Shown here: piece after piece, positions 1-11,324 of the stretch
Layout: every line of letters begins with the position of its first letter
Numbering within the stretch: the stretch's first letter is position 1
The notes under the pieces: model-generated
Databases searched by the model: none
What the model was told of the DNA's origin: nothing
Seen by the model: the letters and a program-made list of their open reading frames with translations, nothing else
Position numbers and translations under genes: made by a program
NCBI RefSeq assembly: GCF_006345805.1
Contig: NC_043006.1
Coordinates: 101,804,001-101,868,000, forward strand
DNA length: 64,000 nt
Direction: 5' to 3'
Origin: Octopus sinensis
Taxonomy: Eukaryota

Positions 1-68
1 ATTAAGTATACAAGCACTTGGATACTTCAAATGTTTTTTTGTTTTGGTGTTGGCACAGTTATTAACAC

Positions 69-225
69 GAGTGGCTGTGTGGTAAGTAGCTTGCTAACCA
101 ACCACATGGTTCCAGGTTCAGTCCCACTGCGTGGCATCTTGGGCAAGTGTCTTCTGCTATAGCCCCGGGCCGACCAATGCCTTGTGAGTGGTTTTGGTAG
201 ATGAAAACTGAAAAGAAGCCTGTCG

Positions 226-297
<72 letters not shown>

Positions 298-498
298 TTG
301 TGTGTCTGTGGTTGTCCCCCTAGCATTGCTTGACAGCCGATGCTGGTATGTTTACGTCCCCGTCACTTAGCGGTTCGACAAAAGAGACCGATAGAATAAG
401 TACTGGGCTTACAGAAAATAAGTACCGGGGTCGATTTGCTCGACTAAAGGCGGTGCTCCAGCATGGCCGCAGTCAAATGACTGAAACAGGTAAAAAAG
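69..498 (+). mobile_element. tRNA-derived SINE family A (internal TA/TG microsatellite), near full length
   Basis: A-box-like tggctgtgtggt and B-box-like ggttcagtccc, then cttgggcaagtgtc, internal (TA)n, and 3' domain ending gactgaaacaggtaaaa. Near-identical to copies at 13188, 22511, 57944 and 59035. Confidence 0.9.
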
Positions 499-899
499 GA
501 GAAAATCACTGTCAATGTTATCATCATCATCATCATCTTCATCATCATCATCATTGTTGTAGTAGTAGTAGTAGATCCCTTTATCCTTATTTACATGACT
601 TAGGCAGTTATGTTTCCTGCTTTCCATCCCACTGCTTGTACTATCTTTACCTCTTCTTCCCATATTTCTCTCTGTCTTCCAGGCTCCTCCCTCTTTGATT
701 GCTTCTACTTCCATATGCACCATTTGTCCACACCAAGGTTGCCCCCCCCCCCTCAACTCATTCCTCATATATCCAGTTCTTCTTTCACCTCATTTTTTCG
801 TTCTGTTATTCATATACATTAACATTACACATTTGGTTGAGCATATTTGCATAGTTTTTTTTTTTTTCCTTCTCAGCAGTTACACATCTTTTATTTCGT

Positions 900-1084
900 A
901 TTTTTTGCTTGTTTCAGTCATTAGACTGTGACCATGCTGGGGCACCACCCTGAAGAAATTTTCATCAAATGAATTGACCACAGAATATTTTTTCCCTTAA
1001 GCCTCATATTTATCCTGTTGGTCTTGTTTGCTAAGTTTCAGCTACAAAGATACGAAGACATACACACATGTATTAAATATAAAC

Positions 1085-1122
<38 letters not shown>

Positions 1123-1490
1123 TCACCATCATCATTTGATGTCCGCTGTCCATGCTGGTATGGGTTGGATGGTTTCACCAGGGCTGGCAAGCTGAGAGGC
1201 TGCACCAGACTCCAGTCTGATTTGGCATAGCTTCTACAGCTAGATGCCCTTCCTAATGCCAACCACTGCAAGAGTGTAATGGGTGCTTTTATGTGCCACC
1301 AGCACATGTGCCAGTAAATATATATATACACAACATCTTTCAGTTTCCATCTGTCAACTCCACTCACAAGGCTTTGGTTGGCTCAAGGCTATAGTAGAAG
1401 ACACTTGCCCAATGTGGTATGCAGTGGGACTGAACCCAGAACCATGTGGTAGGGAAGCAAACGTCTTGCCACACAGTCACACTTGTGCCT
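900..1490 (-). mobile_element. Older family-A SINE split by an E insertion in its microsatellite
   Basis: 3' half at 900-1070 (gtttcagtcattagactgtgaccatgctggggcacc) and 5' half at 1335-1490 (ccactcacaaggctttggttgg...gggactgaaccc). Confidence 0.7.
1120..1315 (-). mobile_element. Retroposon family E with (ATG)n tail
   Basis: catcatcatttgatgtccgctgtccatgctgg...gatgcccttcctaatgccaaccac, repeated many times in the window. Confidence 0.8.
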
Positions 1491-2237
1491 ATAACTGTTG
1501 GATGCACATTACATCTTTTGCATCTGATGTCCTTCGTTTGCACATCCTTCACACATACTCTGCATTTCAGTGCACATTACCATCAAGCAGCATCACTCTT
1601 TGTGCAAACTTCATTCAATCTACCATTTACTCAATCTGAGTAAATAGTAGTTTGGACAATAGGTCTGTAACTATGCCAATACTTTCTAATTTCATCTAAT
1701 CTTCAGATAAACACAAACTTAAAATATTTTTAACTAAATGATCAAAGTATAATGTTAATCTCTATGCTTACTTTGATTATTAAACAGGTATATTTTCAGC
1801 TTTGCATCTCACAAATTTTTGTGCCACTTTTATGAAATATATCTTAAAAACACCCAAATATATTTGTTGTCAGCAGAGATAATGGTTCCCTAAACATTTT
1901 CAACTTCATTCTTACTCTGATTATTATGTTTTTATAGCATCCACTTTCACTTTTAATTTGGTTACCTAGGCAACAGAGACTATCGATTACTTTTATGAAA
2001 CTTTTCGAGCATTTGCAAGTGCCTTCAGTCAAACTTAGTCTTATGCATCTTCTATGTATGAAATCTGCCTTCTCTATCATCACACACACATGCATGAGTG
2101 ATGTGCTTTTCCCAGTTTCTGTCTATCACATCCAATCATAAGGCTTTAGTAGAAGATACTTGTCCAAGGTGCGGTGTAGCAAGACTGAACCACATGGCCA
2201 GAAAGTGAACTTCATGACTAAATGTCTGTAGGGCACT

Positions 2238-2265
2238 CTGTTGAAGGACCTATGTCTGAAACGTC
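2238..2265 (+). ncRNA. Minimal hammerhead-like motif (Penelope-type, CUGUUGA variant)
   Basis: ctgttgaa-ggac-ctat-gtct-gaaac-gtc. Stem II is present but stem I is poor. Confidence 0.45.
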
Positions 2266-2621
2266 AGACTTTTAATCACTCCTCTCAGTATTCAAACTTA
2301 CTGACACCTAAAAGCTCACTTTGGATTTTAAGAACATTGAGACTCACACCTGTGAAAATCCAGGTGCAAAGTTTTTAACTTTCTTTGACTTCATATCAAT
2401 AGAATTAATGACATTTGTAAAAGAATGGGCCATGGTGGGTAAATTTAATTGACCAGGAATAATATATTTGGGTGGATTTAATGAACAATAATATCTCCGT
2501 CTTGCCTCTTCTTTGGCAAAAGAAATCAGTAATATTAATGGCAAGTAGTTATAGATGAGTTCAAGACTGTTAGAGATATATTGTGTGCAAAAGTGTCCAG
2601 CCCATGCTGTTATGGTAAAAT

Positions 2622-3011
2622 GGAATGGAAGCACTCCATCGGTTACGACGACGAGGGTTCCGGTTGATCCGAATCAACGGAACAGCCTGCTCGTGAAATT
2701 AACGTGTAAGTGGCTGAGCACTCCACAGACACGTGTACCCTTAACGTAGTTCTCGGGGATATTCAGCGTGACACAGAGAGTGACAAGGCCAGTTCTTTGA
2801 AATACAGGTACAACAGAAACAGGAAGAAAGAGTGAGAGAAAGTTGTGGTGAAAGAGTACAGCAGGGATCACCACCATCCCCTGCCGGAGCCTCGTGGAAG
2901 TTTTAGGTGTTTTCGCTCAATAAACACTCACAACGCCCGGTCTGGGAATCGAAACCGTGATCCTATGACCGCGAGTCCGCTGCCCTAACCACTGGGCCAT
3001 TGCGCCTCCAC
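2622..3011 (-). mobile_element. tRNA-derived SINE family B, full length, young
   Basis: Head gtggaggcgcaatggcccagtggttaggg...ggtttcgattccc and (TTCCA)n-like tail. TSD tatggtaaaat at 2611-2621 and 3012-3022. Confidence 0.93.
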
Positions 3012-4240
3012 TATGGTAAAATAATGATAATTAATGATGATAGTCTCTGTATAAAGCAATCTTACTTTTTATTCCCAGTTGTTTAGATATCTCATTAACT
3101 TGCTAACTTTAATTTCCTGTGGTTTTTTTAAATTTTAGCTTCCAATATGTGCATCTGTAATAATAATAATAATAATAATAAAGAATTGCTTTCATTAAGA
3201 TAAAAAATATTTTGTGTTTTTTGGTGATTGCAATAGTATATGGTATTGATTATCTTGGAAATAGTATATACCACTGGTACTTATTGCATAGGTCTTTGGG
3301 GGAAAGAAAGACCAAATTATTTTCATCTCAGTATTTGAATACAGTGTAAAATTAGATACTAGCAATTATTGATTTTGTCACAGTCTTATCTAATTATACT
3401 TGTAAATGTCTTGGAAAGCAGAATCAATGTAGATAAGTTATTTTAGTCACACATTCCTTCAATTCCCTTGGCTTTCAAAATTGTTTTTCTTCAGCATATA
3501 TGCCGTTGTAAATTGCTGAGCATTTGACTCACTTATAACCTTTTCCTTAGTTTCTTATATTAATAAATGTCAATATGGTTTTCATAGCATGAGAAATTAT
3601 AAAAATAAGCTAAAAGTTTTGAAATTTACAGGCATTATTAAATTGTTCACTTCCTTAAATACTGATTAGAGAAGGAAAAAGAAAAGGAAATAGAAATTTC
3701 AGTTTATCATTCACATATTGTTTTTGATTGATGATATGAGAAGAAAGTTTATTTCAGTGAGACTTGGAATATCCAATAAGTCTGTTAGATTGTTGTTTGA
3801 GAATTTCCAATATGTTTAACGATGCTTAAATTACTGTCAAGTAGATGTCTTAATTTCTCTGACTGAAGTGAGCTTTTTGAGCTGATTGACTTGAAGATGA
3901 TTGAAATAGTGAATACTGGGAAGATAATCATAAAAGAACATTCATTTAAGTGGAAACTACAAGTCATTTATCAGAATGCAAGGATACAAAGTAAATATTC
4001 TATTGGAGCACTTCTCTGTATATATTTGTGTGTTGGTGGGAGTTTTGTAATATGTCGCTCTCTGTAATCTAAGTTTCCAAACAGACTAGCAATAGTACAG
4101 GGTTTTCTTTACTTTCTATTTTTTTTTTTTTTGTTTATGCTCATATTTATATATATATATCACCAGTGACAATAGTTTGAAACCCAATTTTGTTGATTCT
4201 CATTTTGTCAGCAGTGTAAATTGTAAGTTGTTAGCTTTAA

Positions 4241-4457
4241 CCCTTTAGCATTCAGATTATTTTGTTAAATTTAATGCTTATTTATTCGCATTGTTTTCTG
4301 TTGATCATTCACTCATCTCATAGCTTTAAGATTACAGTGATGTGATTGTTTATTTTTAAAATGACAGGATAGATGTAAGACGCTAGATCTGGCCAGTTTG
4401 AAGATAAAACAGGTAGGAATGTCTTAGCTGGATATGCTCAGTTCAAATGCTAAAGGG
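4241..4457. mobile_element. piggyBac-type MITE (family P1)
   Basis: TIRs ccctttagcatt / aatgctaaaggg, with TTAA on both sides (4237-4240, 4458-4461). Confidence 0.85.
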
Positions 4458-4500
4458 TTAAAATAAATGGTCTTCCCTAGCTACTACTATTTAACTGTAA

Positions 4501-4690
4501 CCCTTTTTTCCATATTTCTGTTGTAAAACAATGCATTTGTTTTGATTAAGTTTGAAAATAAGGAAGAATCTAGTAAAGTGACTTTGTCGTCATTAAGCTG
4601 GTGAGTGGAATATAAATTAACATGTAATTTCGATAGGAGGTTTTAATCTAGGCTATTCTGCTTATCTTCTAAACACTAGTTATTTGTATT
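4501..4690. mobile_element. Partial MITE family P2
   Basis: aaccctttt end, and the body is the reverse complement of 10950-11100. Confidence 0.55.
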
Positions 4691-5221
4691 TCATCAAAGT
4701 GTTTTGATATTATTTAATTGTCTTTGGTTAATGTAATAAAGTGTTAAAATTGATTTTTGTTCAAATAATTTTTTTTTTTCCAACTAAAATTACATAACAT
4801 TAGAATTGACATCTAAGAAATTAATAAAAGAAAAAATACAAACTTTTTTCAATTTTATTTCAACTACAGTTAAGTAACATTAAAATACTTTGACATACCA
4901 CTAAATCAATGCAGGAAAAACACAATTTTCTTAGTATGGTAAACAGGTTGTAAAAATCTTTATAAGTAATTTTGATAATGACAGATAGGAAATTAATTTT
5001 CTGTCATCCATGTATTTTTTAATAAAGACTGAGTTAGGCTGTGTATGAAATGCCAAATCATAAATTTAGAGCATGATGTCAAATCAACAATGAAGTATTG
5101 ATGTGGTCACTACCTGCATTAAGACATCTTCTGTATCTGAATAAAATATACATCTGAAAGATGGGATAGCAATGGCTACATACTACACTGTGAGTTTAGC
5201 ACAAACTAACCTGCCAGACAT

Positions 5222-5568
5222 CCATCATCATTGTTATACCTGCTCTGGTCAGACAGAATTAATCAAGGTAGATTTTATGTGGCCAGATGCCCTTCCAGTT
5301 GCTAATCCTCACTTGTTCTCAAGCAAGGGAATAAATCCCCAAGACCAGACATGTTTTTATGGACAACTGGAAATCAAGGGCACCACTTGTATGATGGTGA
5401 CACTTGTTTACAACTACCATGCAACGTCAAGTCAAGAAGGCACTAACACACACACACAACAGGTTTCCTCCAGTTTCTACCTACCAAATCCACTCACAAG
5501 GCTTTGGTTGATCTGATGTTATAACAAAAGACGCTCAAGGTACCACATATTGGAATTGAACCTGAAAC
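5222..5568 (-). mobile_element. SINE family F (A-type head, different 3' domain, E-like tail)
   Basis: A-like ccaaatccactcacaaggctttgg, (CA)n, and E-like gatgcccttcc plus catcatcat end. Confidence 0.7.
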
Positions 5569-5748
5569 ATATCTTAATATCATGTGTTCTAGATGTGAGC
5601 CTTGCTTCTAAGACTTTGACTGGTCCTATACATCTTGCTTGCTCAAGGTGTCATTCAGCAGGATTGAACCTGAAACTTATCATAATATCATATGTTCTAG
5701 ATGTGAATCTTGTTCCTAAGACTTTGATTAGCAAAATATATCTTGGCT
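5533..5748 (+). repeat. Diverged tandem duplication, unit about 108 bp
   Basis: gctcaagg...attgaacctgaaac...ttctagatgtga...ctaagactttga occurs at 5533 and 5641. Confidence 0.8.
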
Positions 5749-6664
5749 GTCTACGTAAAAGGAACTGATCTGGGCAACTCAACAATTGCATCTACATTAA
5801 ACAGAAGTGACCCAAGAAACTTTGAAACTAAGTTGTGGTAGTCAATCTTCTCTATCTCAGACACTACATATTTGAACTGCTGAAATTTCAGTAAAGTATT
5901 TTTGAAGAGATGGGAATTTGCATTTTATCATTTCAGCTCATAATGTACATGGCAGCTGGATGTGTATGTGGTGTGCTGAGAGCACGTTTATGGTTTATGT
6001 ACTACTACTACTATTACTGTTGCTGCTACTTCATAACATCAACCATATATATATAAACAGTTATTTCCATTTACTTATCTAATTCCATCAAGTATGATAA
6101 CTGGGATTAATGTTTCAACCATGTTCTGAAAAGCTGAACTAAGCAGACAATGATAAACTAAGAACTAGAAACGTACTTGAAATGGATGTTGGTATTTGGG
6201 CTATTAACTAATAATGGCTGGCTAAAGATTTTCAAATCTGAAAATGTTTATCTCTCAAAAGGAAAAGAAAAGAAAAAAACACAGATTATTTGAATGTCAA
6301 TTGAGTCGGATTCAATTACTGAAGACCAAAATTCAGTTAATGCTTCTGGGAGAAGGAATCACTTAAGACAGAACTGTCTACTTAAATGTAAACTCTTCAT
6401 GATTGGATTTAGTTTTAATCCATAGTATCAGGTTTGGCTTTCATCAATGTCAGTAATGGTGCTTGTTATTTTTTCATTTTTGTTCTTTTTTTTCCTTTAC
6501 TGTTGTTATTTTACTTACATTGCTGGTGTCTATGTTAAAGGCATGAACATCACCACATCTCATGGTTGCCTCTTCATAGATTAAAAAAACAAAACAAAGC
6601 AAGATTCTCTTTATCACTTCAAAGAATTGGTAAGGCTCCTGGTTTCAATATTTTGTTTCAAACC

Positions 6665-6810
6665 ACGGTAAGAAGCTTGGCTCCAGGTTCAATCTCACTG
6701 TGTGGCACCTTGGGCAGGCATCTTCTATTATAGCTTTGGGTCGACCAAAGCCTTGTGAGTGGGTGCTCCAGCATGGCCACAGTCGAATGACTGAAACAAG
6801 TAAAAGAATA
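6665..6810 (+). mobile_element. Internally deleted family-A SINE
   Basis: Head (ccttgggcagg...gccttgtgagtgg) is joined directly to the 3' end (ggtgctccagcatggccacagtcgaatgactgaaac). Confidence 0.75.
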
Positions 6811-6959
6811 CAAGTTCAAATCAAATCAAGGCTAAATTTGCTTCACATTTCTCGATAGCCAATAAGCAAATAATAATGATGTACTGAGTTGATTCAAAGA
6901 GCTATCTTTGATCTATTTATTTATTTAATTTTTTTACCGTATGGTGATACATTATTATT

Positions 6960-7215
6960 ATCATCATCATCATCATCATCGTTTAATGTCCGCTTTCCAT
7001 GCTGGCATGGGTTGGATGGTTTGACTGAGGACTAGTGAGCCAGAGGCTGAATCAGGCTCAATCTGGTCTGGCAACATTTCTACAGCTGGATGCCCTTCCT
7101 AATGCCAACTACTCCGAGAGTGTTGTGGGTGCTTTTTATGTGCCACCGGCATGATGGCTAGTCAGGCGGTTCTGGCAACGACCACGCCCTCGCTCAAAAG
7201 GTGTTTTTATGTGCT
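6960..7215 (-). mobile_element. Retroposon family E
   Basis: (CAT)n cgtttaatgtccgctttccatgctggcatggg...ggatgcccttcctaatgccaac. Confidence 0.8.
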
Positions 7216-7987
7216 ATTAAAACCTCTTTGCATTATATTTGTTATTAAGCTCATGACTGGCTGAACCAATAATGTACCATACAAGTGTTTAGTTTTCTCT
7301 TTTCATTATTTGGATGTGACCCATGCAAAACTCAGCATTGTCTTTCATTCCTTTGAGGTCTGTATTATAATTAATTACTAGTGTCAATTCGATAAACTAT
7401 CACGCTCTTTTACAAAAGTCAATTGACCAAAGTAAAATAGCCTTAACGTTAGTTAGCTGTAAAGCTTGAATTTCTCAGCAAACTAACTTGGTTTGAATTC
7501 TAAACCTGGATTTTACTGAAAATCTGAATTTTCACCTCCATTTAAATAAAAATTCATCGATGGAGAAAATCCTTTGAGGACAGGCTGGAGTAAATATCTT
7601 TTCAGCAACAGTGTTGTACCTGTAGCTCACAGAGAAACATGTTGCCAACATAGATCTTTTATGTTGGTTTAAATATTTAGAAATAGAAGAAAAGAATTAA
7701 ATTATTTATGTTTTTGTATCCATTCATAAACTAATTCATGTGATGTCTGTCATGTTAAAATATTTGAAGACTTCTACTTCATGGCACCACAGAATCATTA
7801 GCATATCGGGCAAAATGTTCAGTGCGCATTTCACCTGTCTTTACATTCTGAATTTGAATTCCGATGAGGTCAAATTTGCCTTTCATCCTTTCAGGGTCAA
7901 TAAAATAAGCACCATACAGTTCTATATTTTAAGAGATGAGGAATTATTTACATTAGATAGATATTTGTCCTCATCTTGTTTGTTGTT

Positions 7988-8033
7988 AACACAACGTTTC
8001 AGCTGATATACCCTCCAGCCTTCTTCAGGTGTC
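7988..8033 (-). ncRNA. Minimal type-I hammerhead ribozyme-like motif
   Basis: Reverse complement reads GACAC-CUGAAGA-A-GGCUG-loop-CAGCU-GAAAC-GUU-GUGUU: stem I GACAC/GUGUU, stem II, and palindromic AACGUU stem III. Confidence 0.65.
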
Positions 8034-8127
8034 TTGGGGAAATTTTGAACCTGGGTTCTCATTCCTAAGGTATTTTTCGATGTTGTTGTTGTTGTTGTCA
8101 TTATTGTTGTTGTTGTTGTTATTATTA

Positions 8128-8660
8128 GCGCGATTTGACAGAACTTGCTGAACTTTTCGTTTCAAGCGGCTGCAATTTTGAAGAAGACTTGAAAGTGCAT
8201 ATTCTCAGAAAATATTCTGAATCTACTTCTCTTTCACTTCTCAGAATGTATGAGGGGAAATATGTTTGCGGGTTATTAACATCATGCCCTGGAGGAATGA
8301 ATACGATGACAGGAGAATATCATCAAATTTATACAAAGCTGTTTGATTAAATATTCTTTTCTTTTCTTTTTTCTTTTTTCATTCCTCTTTTTTTTTGTCT
8401 TTTTTTCTGTCGTATTCTTTTCGCCTGTTATAAAATTGAAACTTAAAGACTGGTGATGTAATTCCATCAACCTGTGGACGCAGATTGCTCTTGTTCATAC
8501 TTTAAATATAAATTTCTATAATTCTGAATTTTAATCACCTCTTATTTTGAACTTGACAAAGACAGACTCACTGTCGAAATATCGTTCAATAAAATTACAA
8601 TCGAATCGCACACTTCATCTTGACTGTTTACCTTTGTGAAGAGTTATGTCAATCCTTTTT
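8128..8660 (+). mobile_element. 3' fragment of a Penelope-like retroelement (GIY-YIG C-terminus plus 3' UTR)
   Basis: ORF 8135-8350 (ELAELF...DLKVHIL...LRMYEGKYVCGLLTSCPGGMN) matches the PLE endonuclease end pattern E..(W/Y)I..L.T..P.G.N. Hammerhead remnant lies downstream. Confidence 0.65.
8547..8589 (+). ncRNA. Decayed minimal hammerhead motif
   Basis: ttgaac-ttgacaaa-gacag-actca-ctgtc-gaaa-tatc-gttcaa: perfect stems I and II with a mutated core. Confidence 0.55.
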
Positions 8661-8887
8661 AAAAAAATATATTATTATTATTATTATTATTATTCAGGAC
8701 ACTACTTGGAATCGAACTTGGAATCTTGGGGTTAAGAGCACGGGCTACTAACCCCAAGATTCCGAGTTCGATTCCATGCAGTGACCTGAACAACAATAAT
8801 AATAATAATAATAATGATAATAACAACAACAACAACAACATCAAAAAATACCTTAGGAATGAGAATTCAGGTTCAAAATTTCCCCAA

Positions 8888-8933
8888 GAGACCTGAAGAA
8901 GGCTGGAGGCTATATCAGCCGAAATGTTGTGTT
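8888..8933 (+). ncRNA. Minimal hammerhead-like motif (second arm)
   Basis: gagac-ctgaaga-a-ggctg-gaggctatat-cagcc-gaaat-gtt-gtgtt, with C>T in GAAAC. Confidence 0.55.
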
Positions 8934-9089
8934 AACATCAAACAAGATGAGGACAAATATCCATCGAATGTAAATGAAAATAAACACCAGTTTGGTACTG
9001 GGGTCAGTGTGATCAACTTATTCCCTTCTGCCAAGATTTGAAACCAATATTTACTGAGCTATGTTTATAAGTACAGGGAAGGATTGTGT

Positions 9090-9510
9090 GTTTCAGACAT
9101 TTGCTTTGGAATCCTGTTATTTAGGATTTATTCTCATTGTGTGATACAACCAACTGGTGCTTTCTACCTTGGCCACGGGCTGACTGATGCTATGTAAGTG
9201 AATCGTTAAGCAGACTCTGCAAAATACCCATTGCATGCATGTGTATACGTGTGTCTTCCCCTTGTCTTGGCATTATCCCACTGATTGAAAATAAAGTCAC
9301 GGTTTATGCAAATGGTGTCATTTGTTTACAATCTTCCATATACACAATATGGCCATTGCATTTAAGGAACTATTGCCTTTCTTGGTAATAGGTGAGGTTT
9401 TGTGACAGAAAGCATGTCTGGTCACAGAAAATTTGCCTCAGCAAATTTCATGTGACCTTTACAAGCACGGAAAAGTGGACATTCAAATAATAATAATGAT
9501 AATAATGATA
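9090..9510 (+). mobile_element. Degenerate family-F SINE
   Basis: 3' domain and tail (caagcacggaaaagtggacatt) similar to 14800 and 60300 copies. Confidence 0.5.
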
Positions 9511-10633
9511 TTAATGAGGATTCCTATTGATAATTAAAAAAAGGCTATTGCTAATGATAATGATGATTTCTATGATTGAAAAACTGTTGAATTTGAACAT
9601 GGAAATATACAATCATCTTCATCCACTTCATCATGCTCACCACCACCACCACCATTATTTTTATCATCATCATCAGTAGCTTACTGATGGTCAGCTTTGC
9701 TTCACCTATTTACCTATCTCTGGAGTGAAGAATAGATTCTTTACGGAATTAAATTGAGATTTGGTGAAGTATTAATAACATGTTACTTAGACGAATAAAT
9801 TGAATTTCAGATTGAATCAATAGATATATTAAAGAAATAATTAGATGTTTAACTGCAGAGAAAGCTATTGATGAGGATCTGAAATAGTTCAGTGTCAAAG
9901 TATTTGGAGAAAGTTTTCATTAATTTAATTGACAAACCAAAACAGATCAGCCATGGTGGCTAGAGACAGTATAGACAATGAAACAACTGAGCCAAGTAGA
10001 TGCTTTCCAAGTAGATGCTTTTGTTTATGCTATCAAGTATGCCCTTAATGTTAAGATAGGGTTTCGCATATGTAATTGTAGTGGGTTGAAAAACTTCAAA
10101 CAACTGAGATTATTGAAGCAATTCATAGACAAAAACTCTTTCCAGGAATGTTTAAAATCTAAAAGCAAGAATGATTGATCACTCTACTGAGAGCTGTTAT
10201 TCAAAATCCTGGACAATGTAGTCTATGCACATTGGAGTAAATTTGGCCTTTGAAGCTAACTGGTGAAAAGCAGCCAACGTGTTTCAAAGCTTTGCTGAGG
10301 AGGATCTAAGACTGAAACAGCTCCATTACTTTCACCAATTTTAAAGACCAGATCCACTCAAATCTTCATTGTTTACACTGTCAAAAACACAAAAAATTTG
10401 ATGAACCAATGTTAGTGATTTCCCATGCTTGTTGTATCTAGATTTTATGCATTCAGAGTAAAATATTTACTTGAACAATATCAGTTGATCAAAATTTACG
10501 AATTTAATTTTATTATATATCTTCTTTTGTTAGTTTTTTATTTTATTTATTTGCTTGGTTATTTATTTATTTTACTTGCTGAGTCTGAAAGAGGAGGCAA
10601 TATCTCCCTCAAAGACCAATGAGCTTGATGCCA

Positions 10634-11100
10634 TTAACCAACCTGCCTGAGACCACGTTTTGGTTCTATGCTACAAAAATTTAACCCTTTAGCATTTAAA
10701 CTGCCCATGTCCAGCCAAAATATTCTACCTGTTTTAGGTTTAAACTAGCCATATCCAGCCAAAATATCCAACTTCAGGTTTAAACTGGCCAAATCCAGCC
10801 TCCAACACCTACTTTACAATGTCATTTTAAAAATAAACAGTCACATCATTGAAATCTCAAGATTACAAGATAATGCATGATTAATTCTAAACTGTGAAAA
10901 CAATACACATTGCATTTGACAATAATATGAATGCTAAAGGGTTAAATCAATCTTTTAGACTGATATAAACTGAAATCAAAATTCCACATTAATTTATGTT
11001 CCAAACTCCAGGGTTTTTTTCCCCTAAATTCTTTCTAATTTTCCTTATTAATTGAAGCAAAGGCAATGTATTTCAACAGGAATATGATAACAAAAGGGTT
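10634..11100. mobile_element. MITE P2 with nested P1
   Basis: 10950-11100 matches the 4501 copy in reverse and ends caaaagggtt. Left boundary is uncertain. Confidence 0.5.
10685..10941. mobile_element. piggyBac-type MITE P1, opposite orientation
   Basis: TTAA-ccctttagcatt...aatgctaaaggg-TTAA, with three internal copies of a tttaaactggccatatccagcc-like motif. Confidence 0.85.
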
Positions 11101-11289
11101 CCTGTTCCATTTAAATTTCTGCTGGTGAATACATGCAGGCAAGACATGAGCAGGCAGATGATTTCAGAGGGTTGATATCCTGGGAAGGAAGGACTGGTTA
11201 TAGTTGTTAGTGTGGAGTTGGCAGGTGAGCGCACAAGGTGTGTTAGAGCGTCTGAGTGAAGGGGATACAAGACCCTGTGAAATCCTACC

Positions 11290-11320
<31 letters not shown>

Positions 11321-11324
11321 ATGC

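Larger units (their letters stand above)
7915..8976. mobile_element. Palindromic tRNA-headed, hammerhead-bearing non-autonomous element (Penelope-type)
   Basis: Arms 7946-8127 and ~8790-8975 are inverted repeats. Central hairpin 8692-8790 carries B-box gagttcgattcc. TSD-like aaaataa(g/a)cacca at 7902-7914 and 8977-8989. Confidence 0.75.
7780..9047 (+). mobile_element. SINE family G interrupted by the 7915-8976 insertion
   Basis: 5' part ...tttgcctttcatcctttcagggtcaataaaataagcacca stops at 7914 and resumes at 8977 with aaaataaacaccagtttggtactggggtc. Confidence 0.8.

Noticed and set aside
27-768. ORFs recurring in several places, and poly-His/poly-Asp ORFs
   Set aside because: They are frames through SINE A and (CAT)n repeats, not genes.
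1616-1654. Short imperfect hairpin
   Set aside because: AT-rich with mismatches and a 3-nt loop, plausible by chance in 64 kb.
9900-10330. Possible decayed Penelope end (IIEAIHRQKLFPGM; ctgaggag...gaaacagct)
   Set aside because: Too degenerate to support without a search.
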